A stretch of DNA of 64,000 bases from Cetorhinus maximus (GCF_964194155.1 NC_135888.1:50344001-50408000); one strand, 5' to 3'. Counted from the first letter of the stretch, positions 34,829 to 47,979 are shown. Translations and numbers: made by a program. Notes: a model not told the origin generated them from the sequence alone.

Positions 34829-36430
34829 CCCCTCGCCCTCTCCCCCCTCGCCCTCGCCCCCTTGCCCTCGCACCCCTCGCCCTCGCCCCCCTCGCCCTCG
34901 CCCCCCTCGCCCTCGCCCCCCTCGCCCTCGCCCTCCCCCCCTCGCCCTCCCCCCCTCGCCCTCCCCCCCTCGCCCTCCCCCCTCGCCCTCCCCCCCTCGC
35001 CCTCCCCCCCTCGCCCTCCCCCCTCGCCCTCCCCCCCTCGCCCTCCCCCCCTCGCCCGCCCCCCTCGCCCTCGCCCTCACCCTCGCCCCCTCGCCCTCCT
35101 CGTCTTCGCCCCCCTCGTCTTCGCCCCCCTCGTCTTCGCCCCCTCGCCCTCGCCCCCTCGCCCTCGCCCCCACGCCCCCTCGCCCCCTCGCCCTCGCCCC
35201 CTCGCCCTCGCCCGCCCCTCGCCCTCGCCCCCTCGCCCCCCTCGCCCCCTCGCCCCCTCGCCCCCTCGCCCTCCCCCCCTCGCCCTCCCCCCCTCGCCCT
35301 CCCCCCCTCGCCCTCCCCCCCTCGCCCTCCCCCCCTCACCCTCCCCCCCTCGCCCTCCCCCCTCGCCCTTCCCCCTCGCCCTCCCCCTCGCCCTCCCGCC
35401 TCGCCCTCCCGCCTCGCCCTCCCCCCCTCGCCCTCGCCCCCCTCGCCCTCGCCCCCCTCGCCCTCGCCCCCCTCGCCCTCGCCCCCCTCGCCCTCGCCCC
35501 CCTCGCCCTCGCCCCCCTCGCCCTCGCCCCCCTCGCCCTCGCCCCCCTCGCCCTCGCCCCCTCGCCTCGCCCTCGCCCCCCTCGCCCTCGCCCCCCTCGC
35601 CCCCCTCGCCCTCGCCCCCCTCGCCCTCGCCCCCCCGCCCTCGCCCCCCCGCCCTCGCCCCCCGCCCTCGCCCCCCTCGCCCTCGCCCCCCTCGCCCCAC
35701 TCCCCTCGCCCCACTCCCCCTAGCCCCCTCCCCGCCCCACTCCCCCTCGCCCCACTCCCCTCGCCCCACTCCCCCTCGCCCCACTCCCCCTCGCCCCACT
35801 CCCCCTCGCCCCACTCCCCCTCGCCCCACTCCCCCTCGCCCCCACTCCCCCTCGCCCCACTCCCCCTCGCCCCACTCCCCCTCGCCCCACTCCCCCTCGC
35901 CCCACTCCCCCTCGCCCCACTCCCCCTCGCCCCACTCCCCCTCGCCCCACTCCCCCTCGCCCCACTCCCCTCGCCCCACTCCCCCTCGCCCCACTCCCCC
36001 TCGCCCCACTCCCCCTCGCCCCACTCCCCCTCGCCCCACTCCCCCTCGCCCCACTCCCCCTCGCCCCACTCCCCCTCGCCCCACTCCCCCTCGCCCCACT
36101 CCCCCTCCGCCCCACTCGCCCTCGCCGCCCTCGCCCCCCTCGCCTTCTCCTCCTCGCCCTCGCCCCACTCCCCTCTCCCCCCTCGCCCTCGCCCCCCTCG
36201 CCCTCTCCCCCCTCGCCCTCGCCCCCTCACCCTCGCCCCCCTCGCCCTCGCCCCCCTCGCCCTCGCCCCCCTCGCCCTCGCCCCCTTGCCCTCGCCCCCC
36301 TCGCCCTCGCCCCCCTCGCCCTCGCCCTCGCCCCCCTCGCCCTCGCCCCCCTCGCCCTCGCCCTCGCCGCCCTCGCCCCCTCCCCCTCGCCCCCTCCCCC
36401 TCGCCCCCCTCGCCCTCGCCCCCCCTCCCT
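30375..36430. repeat. 6-kb C-rich compound satellite (CTCGCCC-type units and CCCCACTCCCCCTCG 15-mer) with higher-order duplication
   Basis: Almost no A on +; rare landmarks recur about 3.07 kb apart (30591/33655, 31791/34861). Confidence 0.97.
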
Positions 36431-36848
36431 TCAGTCGCCTCTGCCGCCGTTGCCCCTTGTCACCCACTCTCCCCCCTTTCCATCTCCCTCTGCCTTCCCT
36501 TCTGACATCAGTTACTCTGATATAGGGAGAGGGAGTGAGTGCAGCACCCACACAGTTATTCTAACCCTCACAAGTTACCCAGCTTCCCACACTCACCATG
36601 GGATCCAGCAAGATGACTGGCAGTCGAGTGGGATGCTGATGTACCATTCTCCATTCTGATTCACATTGCTGCTTGGTATGCCCGGGTCAGGAAACTCTGA
36701 GCGTTTTGAAGCAATAGCTTCTTCTGAAATCAGAGGGGTTGCTGAGGACCGTGGTCTCGAGAGGAGATCTGCTGCGTTCAAATATTAGTACTGTGGCAAC
36801 ACTACAGAATAAGTTACTGAAATTGTTATTAATATTTGTCATTCACAG

Positions 36849-36923
36849 GCCCATGATGAAATCTGTTCCAAATTCCCCTTAACATGTGAATGGTGTGGAA
36901 AGAAAAAAATTCCAAGAGAAAAG
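36849..36923 (+). CDS. TRAF2: TRAF2(-like) zinc-finger exon (AHDEICSKFPLTCEWCGKKKIPREK)
   Basis: 75 nt, cacag| and |gtaaaa, phase 0; recalled human AHHEVCPKFPLTCDGCGKKKIPREK. Confidence 0.95.
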
Positions 36924-37174
36924 GTAAAATGTGTGTTTGAAATAAATTAGGAGTGGCCGCCAGACAAGCATGAGAGTTATACTCTGATAACATTGCTTAT
37001 TCCATTTATTTTTTATGTACATTTCATAGAAATCATTAGATTTTAGCTCTCCGCTTTCCTCTTCTGAAAGCCTAGATTATCACTGGAGGACATTTCCACA
37101 GGCACTGGCTCATTGTCATTGTACGAGTGTAACATTTAACCGTTTCTCACATCTGGCACCTAACGCACCTTTAC

Positions 37175-39100
37175 AAGTACACAAGAAATAGGAGCAGGAG
37201 TAGATCATTCAACCCATCAAGGCTGCTCCACCATTCAATACGATCATGCCTGAGCTTAGGCTTCAGCTCCATTTTCCCGCCCATTCCCCATATCCCTTCA
37301 TTCCCTGAGAGCCAAAAAATCTGTCTATCCCATCCTTAAATGTATTCAACGATGGAGCATCCACAAATCTCTGGGATAGAGAATTCCAAAGATTCACAAC
37401 CCTATGAGTGAAGTTTTCTCCTCATCTCAGTCCTAAACGATTGGCCCCTTATCCTGAGACTGAGCCCCTGTGTTTAGATTCCCCAACTAGGGGAAACAAT
37501 TTCTCAGTGTCCACCCTATCAAGCCCCTTCAGAATCTTGTTCGTTTCAATGAGATCACCTCTCATTCTTCTAAACTCCAGTGAATATAAGCTCAATTTAC
37601 TCAGCCTCTTATCATAGGGCATCCCAGGGACCAACTTAATGAACCTTCACTGTACCATCTCCAATGCAGGTATATCCTTTCTGAAGTGTAGAGACTAAAA
37701 CTACAAGACTAAAACAGTATCCCAGATGTGATCTCACCAAAACCCTGTACAATTGCAGCAAGACTTCTTTATTCTTGTTCTCTAACCCCCTTGCAAAAAT
37801 AAAGGCCAACATGCCATTTGCCTTCCTAATTGAATGTTACGCCTGCATGCTAACTTTCTGTGTTCCTTGTACCCAAGTCTCTTTGTACAGTAACACTTAC
37901 AAGTTCCACACCTTTTAAAAATAATATTCAGCTTTTCTATTCTTATAACCAAGGTTCCTCAGGCAAACCCATTGCCTCTTCCAAACCCATGACCACTACC
38001 ATCTAGAAGGACAAGGGCAGCAGACACATGGGAATACCACCAGCTGGAAGTTCCCCTCCAACTCACTCACCATCCTGACTTGGAAATATATCATCGTTCC
38101 TTCACTGTCACTAGATCAAAATCCTGGAACTCCCTCCCTAACAGCACTGTAGGTGTATCTACATGGCATGGACTGCAGCAGTTCAAGAAGGCAGCTCACC
38201 AGCACCTTCTCAAGGGCCATTAGGGATGGGCAATAAATGCTGGCCTGGCCAGTGAAGCCCACATCCCTTGAATGAATAAAAAACCCCAAAGTGAATAACT
38301 TCACACTATCCCACATTATACTTCATCTGCCATCTTGTTGCCCACTCACTTAACCTGTCAGTATCTGTTAGTAGCTTCTCTGTGTCCTCCCACAGCTTAC
38401 TTGCTGTCTCTTCATCTAAGTCATTAATATAGATTGTAAATAGCTGAGATTCACTGCCTGCCCACTTGAAAAAGCCCTGTTTATGCCCACTCTCTGCTTT
38501 TTATGAATTCAACAATCCTCTATCCATGCTAAACATTACTCCCAACTCCATGAGCCCTTATCTTGCTTATTGACCTATTGTGTGGCACCTTATTGAATGC
38601 CTTTTGGAAATACAGGTATACCACATCGACTGGTTCCCCTTCATCTTACCCTATTAGTTACATCATCAAAAACCCCCAATAAATTTGTCAAACAGGATTT
38701 CCATTTAGTAAAATCATATTGACTTGTTCTAATCATACTATACTTTTCTAAGTACATTGTTAACACTTCCTTAGTAGTAGATTCCAGCATTTTCTTAACA
38801 ACTGATGTTGGGCCAACTGGTCTACAGTTCCCTGTTTTCGCTCTCCCTCCTTTCTTGAAAAGTGGTGTAACATTTGCCAACTTCCAACCTAGTGGGACCA
38901 TTCCTGAATCTAAGGAATTTTGGAAAATCATAGCCAGCACATCCACTATCTCTGTAGCTATCCCTTGTAGAACTCTAGGGTGTAGGTCATCAGGTCCCAG
39001 GGATTTATCAGATTTTAGTTCCTTAAGTTTCTCCAGTACCTCTACTGATATTAAAATCCTTAATTTCCTCACTCTGTTTAACACTAGGTTATCGTCTATT
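37175..39100 (-). mobile_element. Degenerate CR1 with a Crack/L2-like tail inserted at about 37953-38285 (+)
   Basis: KSLGPDDLHPRVL, TPLFKKG, FRRMRGDLIE. Confidence 0.85.
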
Positions 39101-39304
39101 TAGGAAACTTGCCAATTTCAAGGCAGTTTGCAATGGCCACATAAATATTGGAACTACATTAAAACTCATTTTTCATTTGACTCTTAACAGTTAGCAACGA
39201 GCGAGACTTTCATCTCATTATCATGGGTGAGATATGAACTGAGGGATTAAAATAGAGTTTGTAACCTCCTGTTTCACCACAATACTTGATAATGAAGGAA
39301 TTGG

Positions 39305-40675
39305 TGTGTCTGGGAGCATGTCCCGGGGACTGTGTAACCGGGCAATGTGACTGGGAGCGTGTCTGGGGGGCTGTGTTATCGGGCAGTGTGTCTGGGAGCG
39401 TGTCCGGGGGGGTGTGTCACCGGGCAGTGCGTCTGGGAGTGTGTCCCGGGGGCTGTGAAACCAGGCAATGTGTCTGGGAGCGTGTCCCGGGGGCTGTGTC
39501 ACCAGGCAGTGTGTCTGGTGGGGGGCTGTGTCACCGGGCAGTGTGTTTGGTGGGGGGGTGTCACCGGGCAGTGTGTCTGTGGGGGCTGTGTCACCGGGCA
39601 GTGTGTCTGGGGGGGGGCTGTGTCACCGGGCAGTGTGTCTGGGGGGGGGTGTCACCGGGCAGTGTATCTGGGGGGGCTGCGTCACTGGGCAGTGGGGGGG
39701 CTGTGTCACCGGGCAGTGTGTCTGGTGGGGCTGTGTCACCGGGCAGTGTGTCTGGTGGGGGGTGTCACCGGGCAGTGTATCTGGGGGGGCTGCGTCACTG
39801 GGCAGTGTGTCTGGGGGTGGGGTGTATCACCGGGCAGTGTGTCTGGGGGAGCCTGTGTCACCGGTCAGTGTGTCTGGGGGGCTGTGTCACCAGTCAGTGT
39901 GTCTGGGGGGGGGCTGCGTCACCGGTCAGTGTGTCTGGGGGGGGGCTGTGTCACCGGGCAGTGTGTCTGGGGGGTGCTGTGTCACTGGACAGTGGGGGGG
40001 CTGTGTCACTGGGCAGTGTGTCTGGTGGGGGGCTGTGTCACCGGGCAGTGTGTCTGGTGGGGGGCTGTGTCACCGGGCAGTGTGTCTGGGGGGCGCTGTG
40101 TCACTGGGCAGTGGGGAGGCTGTGTCACCGGGCAGTGTGTCTGGTGGGGCTGTGTCACCGGGCAGTGTGTCTGGTGGGGGGTGTCACCGGGCAGTGTATC
40201 TGGGGGGCCTGCGTCACTGGGCAGTGTGTCTGGGGGTGGGGTGTATCACCGGGCAGTGTGTCTGGGGGAGCCTGTGTCACCGGTCAGTGTGTCTGGGGGG
40301 CTGTGTCACCGGTCAGTGTGTCTGGGGGACTGCGTCACCGGTCAGTGTGTCTGGGGGGGTGCTGTGTCACCGGGCAGTGTGTCTGGGGGGCCTGTGTCCC
40401 TGGGCAGTATGTCTGGGAGCGTGTCTGGGGGGCCTGTGTGACGGGGCAGTATGTCTGGGACCATGTCTGGGGGGCCTGTGTCACCGGGCAGTATGCCTGG
40501 GAGCGTGTCTGGGGGGGCCTGTGTGACCGGGCAGTATGTCTGGGAGTGTGCTGGGGGGCCTGTGTCACCAGGCAGTATGTCTGGGAGTGTGTCTGGGGGG
40601 CCTTTGTCACCGGGCAGTATGTCTGGGAGCGTGTCTGGGGGGCCTGTGTCACCGGGCAGTATGTCTGGGAGCGTG
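39305..40675. repeat. Minisatellite, about 29-40-bp units
   Basis: CTGTGTCACCGGGCAGTGTGTCTGGGGGGG variants. Confidence 0.95.
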
Positions 40676-40714
40676 TTGCCAAGCAGCGTGTTCATTGTAT
40701 CTTCCTCTCCACAG

Positions 40715-40789
40715 TACTCGGATCATATTCGGACATGTGGGAAGGTAAAGCTCCTTTGCCGCTTTAACGTGATTGGCTGCGAAATGGCT
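40715..40789 (+). CDS. TRAF2: TRAF2(-like) zinc-finger exon (YSDHIRTCGKVKLLCRFNVIGCEMA)
   Basis: 75 nt, ctctccacag| and |gtaagt; recalled human FQDHVKTCGKCRVPCRFHAIGCLET. Confidence 0.94.
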
Positions 40790-40827
40790 GTAAGTGCACT
40801 TTACAATTTTCTGACCATATTACTGCA

Positions 40828-41460
40828 GTAGTAACTGCCCAGCTCCCACAGTCCAGGCTGGGTAATAGTAACTGCCCAGCTCCCACAGTCCAGGCTGGGT
40901 AATAGTAACTGCCCAGCTCCCATAGTCCAGGCTGGGTAATAGTAACTGCCCAGCTCCCACAGTCCAGGCTGGGTAATAGTAATTGCCAAGCTCTCACAGT
41001 CCAGTCTGGGTAATAGTGAATGCCCATCTCTCACAGTCCAGGCTGGGTAATAGTAACTGCCCAGCTCCCACAGTCCAGGCTGGGTAATAGTAACTGCCCA
41101 GCTCCCACGTTCCAGGCTGGGTAATAGTAACTGCCCAGCTCCCACAGTCCAGGCTGGGAACTAGTAACTGCCCAGCTCCCACAGTCCAGGCTGGGTAATA
41201 GTGACTGCCCAGCTCCCACAGTCCAGGCTGGGAACTAGTAACTGCCCAGCTCCCACAGTCCAGGCTGGGTAATAGTGACTGCCCAGCTCCCACAGTCCAG
41301 GCTGGGTAATAGTAACTGCCCAGCTCCCACAGTCCAGGCTGGGTAATAGTAACTGCCCAGCTCTCACAGTCCAGTCTGGGTAATAGTTACTGCCCAGCTC
41401 CCACAGTCCAGGCTGGGTAATAGTGACCGCCCAGCTCTCACAGTCCAGGCTGGGTAATAG
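40828..41460. repeat. 37-bp minisatellite, about 17 copies
   Basis: GGTAATAGTAACTGCCCAGCTCCCACAGTCCAGGCTG. Confidence 0.97.
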
Positions 41461-41911
41461 TTGAGGTTGTTTCAGGGCTGTGTGTAAAATAACACTGTCT
41501 TTGCTGCCTGAGGCTCTGTTCACATTGATGGGCTGTACTTTATAATACTGATAACTTGTCCAGACTCTCTGGGATGCTGGATCAACTGGCCATGCCCATC
41601 ACTCTGACACCCATGGGCACTTTGAATCTGGGCTTTTAAAATTTGTTATTGGGTGTCGGTGATGCTGGCAAGGCTGCTTTTATTGCCCATTCCTCATTGC
41701 CCTGAGAAGGTGATGGTGGGCCTCATTTGTAATATACTGCAGTGCTTGTGGTGGTTCCCCAGTAAAGGTATTGGATGGAAAATATTGTCCCAGTAATAAG
41801 GATGAAATAATGAACATTTGTCCAAGTCTGGATGGTCTGTGACTTGGAGGTGATGGTGGTCTCATGACATGGCTGCTCTTTTATTTCTCAGCAAACAGGA
41901 GATGAAGGTGA

Positions 41912-42017
41912 AACAACAACAGAAAATGCTGGAAAAACTCAGCAGGTCTGACAGCATCTGTGGGGAGACAATAAAACACAGTTAACGTTTTGAGTCCTTA
42001 TGACCCTTCTTCAGAAC
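41912..42017 (-). mobile_element. Short Penelope 3' tail with hammerhead remnant
   Basis: On -: GTT-CTGAAGA-AGGGTC..GACTC-AAAA-CG-TT-AAC, then GATGCTGTCAGACCTGCTGAG. Confidence 0.7.
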
Positions 42018-45000
42018 AGGACATGTGACTCCAGACCCACAGCAATGTGGCTGATTCTTAAATGCCCTCTGAACAAGGGCAATTCGGATGGACAATTAAT
42101 GCTGGCCTAGCCAGCGACACCCATATCCCATGAACGCATATAAAAAAATCAGTCAATTGGTGGATGTTAATTGTAAATCAATTGGGTGTTTAATTATATT
42201 CAGGTGGTAGGTATTAATTGGAGACTCACATTATACAAAAATGTAGGAGCACGTTTAAAGAGGGGTTGGTTGGAGATGCACAATATGCAATGTGTGCCTC
42301 TTGTCAACAAAAGTTTAAGTATATAAAGACTAGGTTCCAGTATTTTATCTATCATCATCTAGCCATCTGAGTTCCAACAGTGGAGAGACTGGATATTGAG
42401 TCCAGTGGCACAGCACTGATCAAATAAACTGCTCACTCCTAGGTAGTGTCGCGTTTCTTGAAGTTTTGGCTGCATCCTCCAGGTGTGTGGTGATTATTCC
42501 ATCACATGCCTGATCTGAGGCTTATAGAAAGTGTTTTGAGATTTTGAAGGCTCAGGAGGAAAGCCAGTCACTGTAGAGTATCCAACCCCAGGCCTGCTGT
42601 TGTGGCTGTGATGTCGATGTTGGCTGGTTCAGCTCAGCTTCTGGTCAGTGGTGACTCTCAAGGTGATGATGTTGCATGACAGGAGGTAGTTTGGCTTTCT
42701 GCTGTCTTGAGATGATTGTTACCTGACATGGGTCAGTCTGAGGCTGGATATTGTCTATAGCTGACATGGGCTGCTTTCTTTTCATGCTGTGTTGGAAAAT
42801 CTGATTCTTCAACGCTCAGTCTAGGCTTAAGACAAGGAAGCAGGTGCCAGAATAACCCAAACCAGTTTAATTCACTTTACAGGTATAGCAACACCTTCCT
42901 GTGTGCTACACACAGAAGAGTATGGACATATCGGTGAGCAGGTCTTGCTTGTATCAACGATTGTGTTGGAAGCTTGCCATACAGTCAAACAGGAACTGGT
43001 TCATTTACTTTTTTGAAATGAGACATTTCTGTTCTGCACACAAATCAATTCAGCTGGTGTGTTCCCTTTAACTTGTTGCAGCATGCCCGTTTCCCACCCT
43101 CCATGAAGAACTGGCATTCGTTATACAGGAAGCTTGATGTCATTATGTAAATTGGACTAAAGCCAGAGAATGGAGTGGGGTCAATCAACTCCTGCAAATG
43201 ATATCTGCCTTTTTGTGCTCGGGATTTTGTTTGTGTGGAATATCTTGGCCCCTCTGTTTTCTAGCTGCCTGTTGGGAACATGTGTAAGGGCTGTCGGGAA
43301 TCAGCTGACTTGCCCCGGTAGGCAGTATCTCATTTGGGGTTAGGGGGAGGAATGGAGAGTTTTGGCCTCTGATCCCCTAATCTGTATCAAGGGGATTGGA
43401 ACTCAGCAGTGAGAAAGTGATAATTCAGTTGTACAGAGCCTTGACCAGATCCCACCTGGAGTAACTGTGTTCGCTGCTGCGCATCACACCTCAGGAAGGC
43501 TATACTGGCAGTGCAGATTAACCAGAATTGCATCAGGATTTAAAGGGTTAAATTATGAAGACATTACATAACATGGCTTTATTCATTTCTGCTTAGAAAG
43601 TTGACATATGATTTAATCGGCATTTAAAACGTTAGTGATTTGATTGGATTGAAAAAAACTATTTCCTCCAGAGGAGTGCAGAACAAGGACACATAACTTT
43701 AGAATTAGATTTGGGTCATTCAGGGTTGAAATCAAAAAGTATTTCCTCACATAAAGGATAGTGAAAACCTGGAATGTTTTCAGTGGCTGTAAATGCTGGG
43801 TGACAATTGAAATTTTAAAGACAGATTGATAGATTTTTGTTGGGTAAGGGGAATCAAAGGATATGAAACAAAGATGGGTATTTGGAGTTTGAGATACGGG
43901 TCAGCCATGATCTAATGTAACAGGCTTGAGGGGCTGAATGGCCTCTTTCTGTTCCTGTGAGGTCTTGCTGTTTCTGTGGATTTAGCTGTTCAATTTCATT
44001 GGGTTTGTTTGTTTTCTACATTGCATAATAATCTGCCAGATGTGGTCCCCAAGCTTTATTTTGGGGCTGGACAAAGAAACAAGCGCCATACAAATTAAAA
44101 GATCCAGCAAAATCCAATGGAAAAAAGATAGTCTTGCTTGTTTTTCAAATATGGACTGACCTCCTGGACCTTCTGTTCTTGTACAAATGCCTGACAATGC
44201 AGCTTTAATAATCTGCTGTCTAATTTCTCTACACAAATCTACACTAGCTTAGCTGGGCTTTAGAGGCAGATATACAGTGATGAGGTCAACACTGCCACTG
44301 AGGGGAACCAGACTGATTAACTGAAGGATACTCTATGTTAGTTCCTTGAAAAGAGTCACATGAAGAGTCACTTGTGGTTTATGTCAGTGTGAAATGTGAA
44401 GCTGAAGAGTTAAACAAGAAGCCTGGATCAGTGCCATGTTAGCTGATATAAGCCAGCATGATGACAGTGGTGCTACCATTTATGTTGGTGCTGGAGAGGG
44501 AGAAATCAGTCATTTAATACCCCTCAGGAGGCACCATGTGAGGGTCAGGACTGTCACTGATAGCCGTGGCGGGACAAGTACCCAGCTGGCACTTATTGTC
44601 TTGACAAACTCCTAAAGAATGACCACTTAGATGCGGTACTGGTTACAGGACAAAGGGTATCCAACTCTTCTTCAGGAGAGGTGGAGAGAAAGAGGGAGGG
44701 AGTTGGCAAAAAAAAATGCACATTTTTTCCTATCACTGGTACAATGAATGCAATGCTGCAGGTAAGTGCAATAAGCCTTCTTTCTAATCCTCCATGACTG
44801 TGAAGGGGAGTCAGGGTTCAGTGATGTATAACCCTTCATGAGTTTGATCAGTTTCTTTCCTTTCATATGATTTAAAAGGAAAGATTAATCCTGAGCACAG
44901 CGACAGGACATGGGGATGTAGAGATTGGTTCAGGTTTAATCACATCAGTAGCTGCAGTGAACTCCAGATAGGGGAAGAGAGACAACCCCTGGAATTGTTC

Positions 45001-45159
45001 AAGAGGTGATTCGATGCTGTGATGGGCCAGTGGGTCTTGGGGAAGGATGAACTCATTGGGCCAAACCGGTTCTTTGGGTATCGAAGGCAGGTATCTATCT
45101 GTTGCTGTTAGGAAAAATTTGGTGTTTCAGTGCAGACAGAGCTAGGTCATTTGTGCCTA

Positions 45160-46212
45160 CCCACCCCATAGAACCTGGACCCTCAGCGTACTGCAGAGAG
45201 AAACCCTCACCCAGAGAACCCGGACTGTCAGCGTACTGCAGAGAGAGACCCTCACCCAGAGAACCCGGACCCTCAGCGTCTGGAGAGAGAGACCCTCACC
45301 CAGAGAACCCAGACTGTCAGCGTACTGCAGAGAGAGACCCTCACCCAGAGAACCCGGACTGTCAGCGTACTGCAGAGAGAGACCCTCACCCAGAGAACCC
45401 GGACTGTCAGCGTACTGCAGAGAGAGACCCTCACCCAGAGAATCCGGACCCTCAGCGCCTGCGGAGAGAGACCCTTACCCAGAGAACCCAGACCCTCAGC
45501 GTACTGCAGAGAGAGACCCTCACCCAGAGAACCTGGACTGTCAGCATACTGCAGAGAGAGACCCTCACCCAGAGAACCCGGACCCTCAGCGTACTGCAGA
45601 GAGAGACCCTCACCTAGAGAACCCGGACCCTCAGCGTACTGCAGAGAGAGACCCTCACCCAGAGAACCCGGACCCTCAGCGTCTGGAGAGAGAGACCCTC
45701 ATCCCAGAGAATCCAGACCCTCAGCGTACTGCAGAGAGGGACCCTCACCCAGAGAACCCGGACCCTCAGTGTATTGCAGAGAGAGACCCTCACCCAGAGA
45801 ACCCGGACCTTCAGCGTCTGGAGAGAGAGACCCTCATCCCAGAGAATCCAGACCCTCAGCGTACTGCAATGAGAGAGACCCCCACCTGATAGAACCCAGC
45901 CCCTTGTGTACTGCAGTGAGAGAGACCCACACTCCAGGGAACAAACCCTCAGTGTACTGCAGTGATTTAGACACCCCCTCACCATAGAACCTGGACCCTC
46001 AGTGTACTGCAGTGATTTAGACACCCCCTCACCATAGAACCTGGACCCTCAGTGTACTGCAGTGATAGAGATCCCCACCCCATAGAACCTGGACCCTCAG
46101 TGTACTGCAGTGATAGAGACCCCCCACCTACTGTGGAACCCAGACCCTCTGTAATGCTGTGATTGAGACCCCCACCCACCTGAAAGAACCTGAATCCACA
46201 GCATACTGCAGA
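45160..46212. repeat. 45-bp minisatellite, about 23 units, diverging toward the 3' end
   Basis: GCAGAGAGAGACCCTCACCCAGAGAACCCGGACCCTCAGCGTACT. Confidence 0.95.
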
Positions 46213-46475
46213 GCTCTGATAGTTTGCAGACTGTTGGCTCCTAGCTGGACTAATGCGAATGCATTCGGTGCCACCTGGTAATTACGGGTCCCTACTGGGC
46301 TTCATTAAGGATTCTGTACATGCAACTTGCTGACTGCCACTTACTTGCTACCAGTGGCAGAGCAGTGTCTGATACACGCTGTCATTTAACTCACCTTTGT
46401 AGCACTGATCACACACACACAAGTAAGTGAACAAAAATAAATCTGACATAGAAACCAAGGTGTCAAGGAGAGGGA

Positions 46476-47650
46476 CAAAAACAGAATTACCTGGAAAAAC
46501 TCAGCAGGTCTGGCAGCATCGGTGGAGAAGAAAAGAGTTGACGTTGCGAGTCCAATGACCCTTCAACAGAACTGAGTGTAGTTAGGAGAGAGGTGAAATA
46601 TAAGCTGGTCTAAGGTGGGGGGTGGGGGAGAGAGAAGTTGAGGGTGGGGTGGTTGTAGGGATAAGCAAGCAGTGATAGGAGCAGATAATCAAAAGATGTC
46701 ACAGACAAAAGGATCAAAGAGGTGTTGAAGGTGGTGATATTATCTAAGAAAATGTGCTAATTAAGAATGGATGGCAGGACACTCAAGGTACAGTTCTAGT
46801 AGGGGTGGGGTGGAAAGATTGACAAGTTATTAGTTGTAGATTTAAAAATAATGGAAATAGGTGGGACAAGAAAAATCTATATAAATTATTGAAAAAAACA
46901 AAAGGGAGGGGGAAGAAACGGGGTGGGGATGGGGGGAGGGAGTTTAAGATCTAAAGTTGTTGAATTCAATATTCATCCCGGAAGGCTGTAAAGTGCCTAG
47001 TTGGAAGATGAGGTGCTGTTCCTCCAGTTTGCGTTGGGCTTCACTGGAACAATGCAGCAAGCCAAGGACAGACATGTGGGCAAGAGAACAGGGTGGAGTG
47101 TTAAAATGGCAAGCGGCAGGGAGGTTTGGGTCTTTCTTGCGGACAGACCGCAGGTGTTCTGCAAAGCGGTCGCCCAGTTTGCGTTTGGTCTCTCCAATGT
47201 AGAGGAGACCGTATTGGGAACAACGAATACAGTAGACTGAGTTAGGGGAAATGCAAGTGAAATGCTGCTTCACTTGAAAGGAGTGTTTGGGTCCTTGGAC
47301 GGTGAGGAGAGAGGAAGTGAAGGGGCAGGTGTTGCATCTTCTGCGTGGGCATGGGGAGGTGCCATAGGTGGGGGTTGAGGAGTAGGGGGTGATGGAGGAG
47401 TGGACCAGGGTGTCCCGGAGGGAACGATCCCTACGGAATGCCGCCAGGGGGGGTGAAGGGAAGATGTGTTTGGTGGTGGCATCATGCTGGAGTTGGCGGA
47501 AATGGCGGAGGATGATCCTTTGAATGCGGAGGCTGGTGGGGTGATAAGTGAGGACAAGGGGGACCCTATCATGTTTCTGGGAGGGAGGAGAAGGCGTGAG
47601 GGTGGATGCGCAGGAGATGAGCCGGACACGGTTGAGGGCCCTGTCAACGA
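46476..47650 (-). mobile_element. Penelope-like element 3' half (GIY-YIG plus UTR), antisense in a TRAF2 intron
   Basis: ORF 46944-47273 nearly identical to the 16157-16903 C-terminus; hammerhead motif at 46536-46573. Confidence 0.93.
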
Positions 47651-47979
47651 GCTGTTTCCTATTCTGTTGTTCTGTTTATTTAAATTCCTGATTCAGTTGG
47701 ACCCTAATGAGCCACTGGATAAATGCACTGCTGGGTTGGTGATGTGACACCGGGACAGGGTTGGTCCAGGCTCTCTCCTTGGTCAGTAATGAGTTTGCAG
47801 CTTATAACTTAGTGGGGCACTACTGATGCCAACAGTGGCCCTGGTTGAGGGAGGGGGTGCTGTGCTTCCTGTCCAGTTGTGTGTGTTCGTGCGTGTACAT
47901 GAATGTGTACATGTGTGTATGTACAAGTATATGAAAATTAGGCTCGAATCGGCTGAGCAGATTGCATCCAATCCCTTTC

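Noticed and set aside
30100-36551. Very long Pro-rich and Gly/Arg-rich ORFs (up to 2122 aa)
   Set aside because: Artefact of a repeat that cannot form stop codons; open in several frames and on both strands. Only the ACQSHAFMKG tail is real (TMEM141).
39286-40831. Cys/Gly-rich ORFs of 350-490 aa
   Set aside because: Minisatellite translations; only 40715-40789 is coding.
40828-41460. 37-bp palindromic repeat as a CRISPR array (also 20311-20568)
   Set aside because: Units are directly adjacent with no spacers; these are minisatellites.
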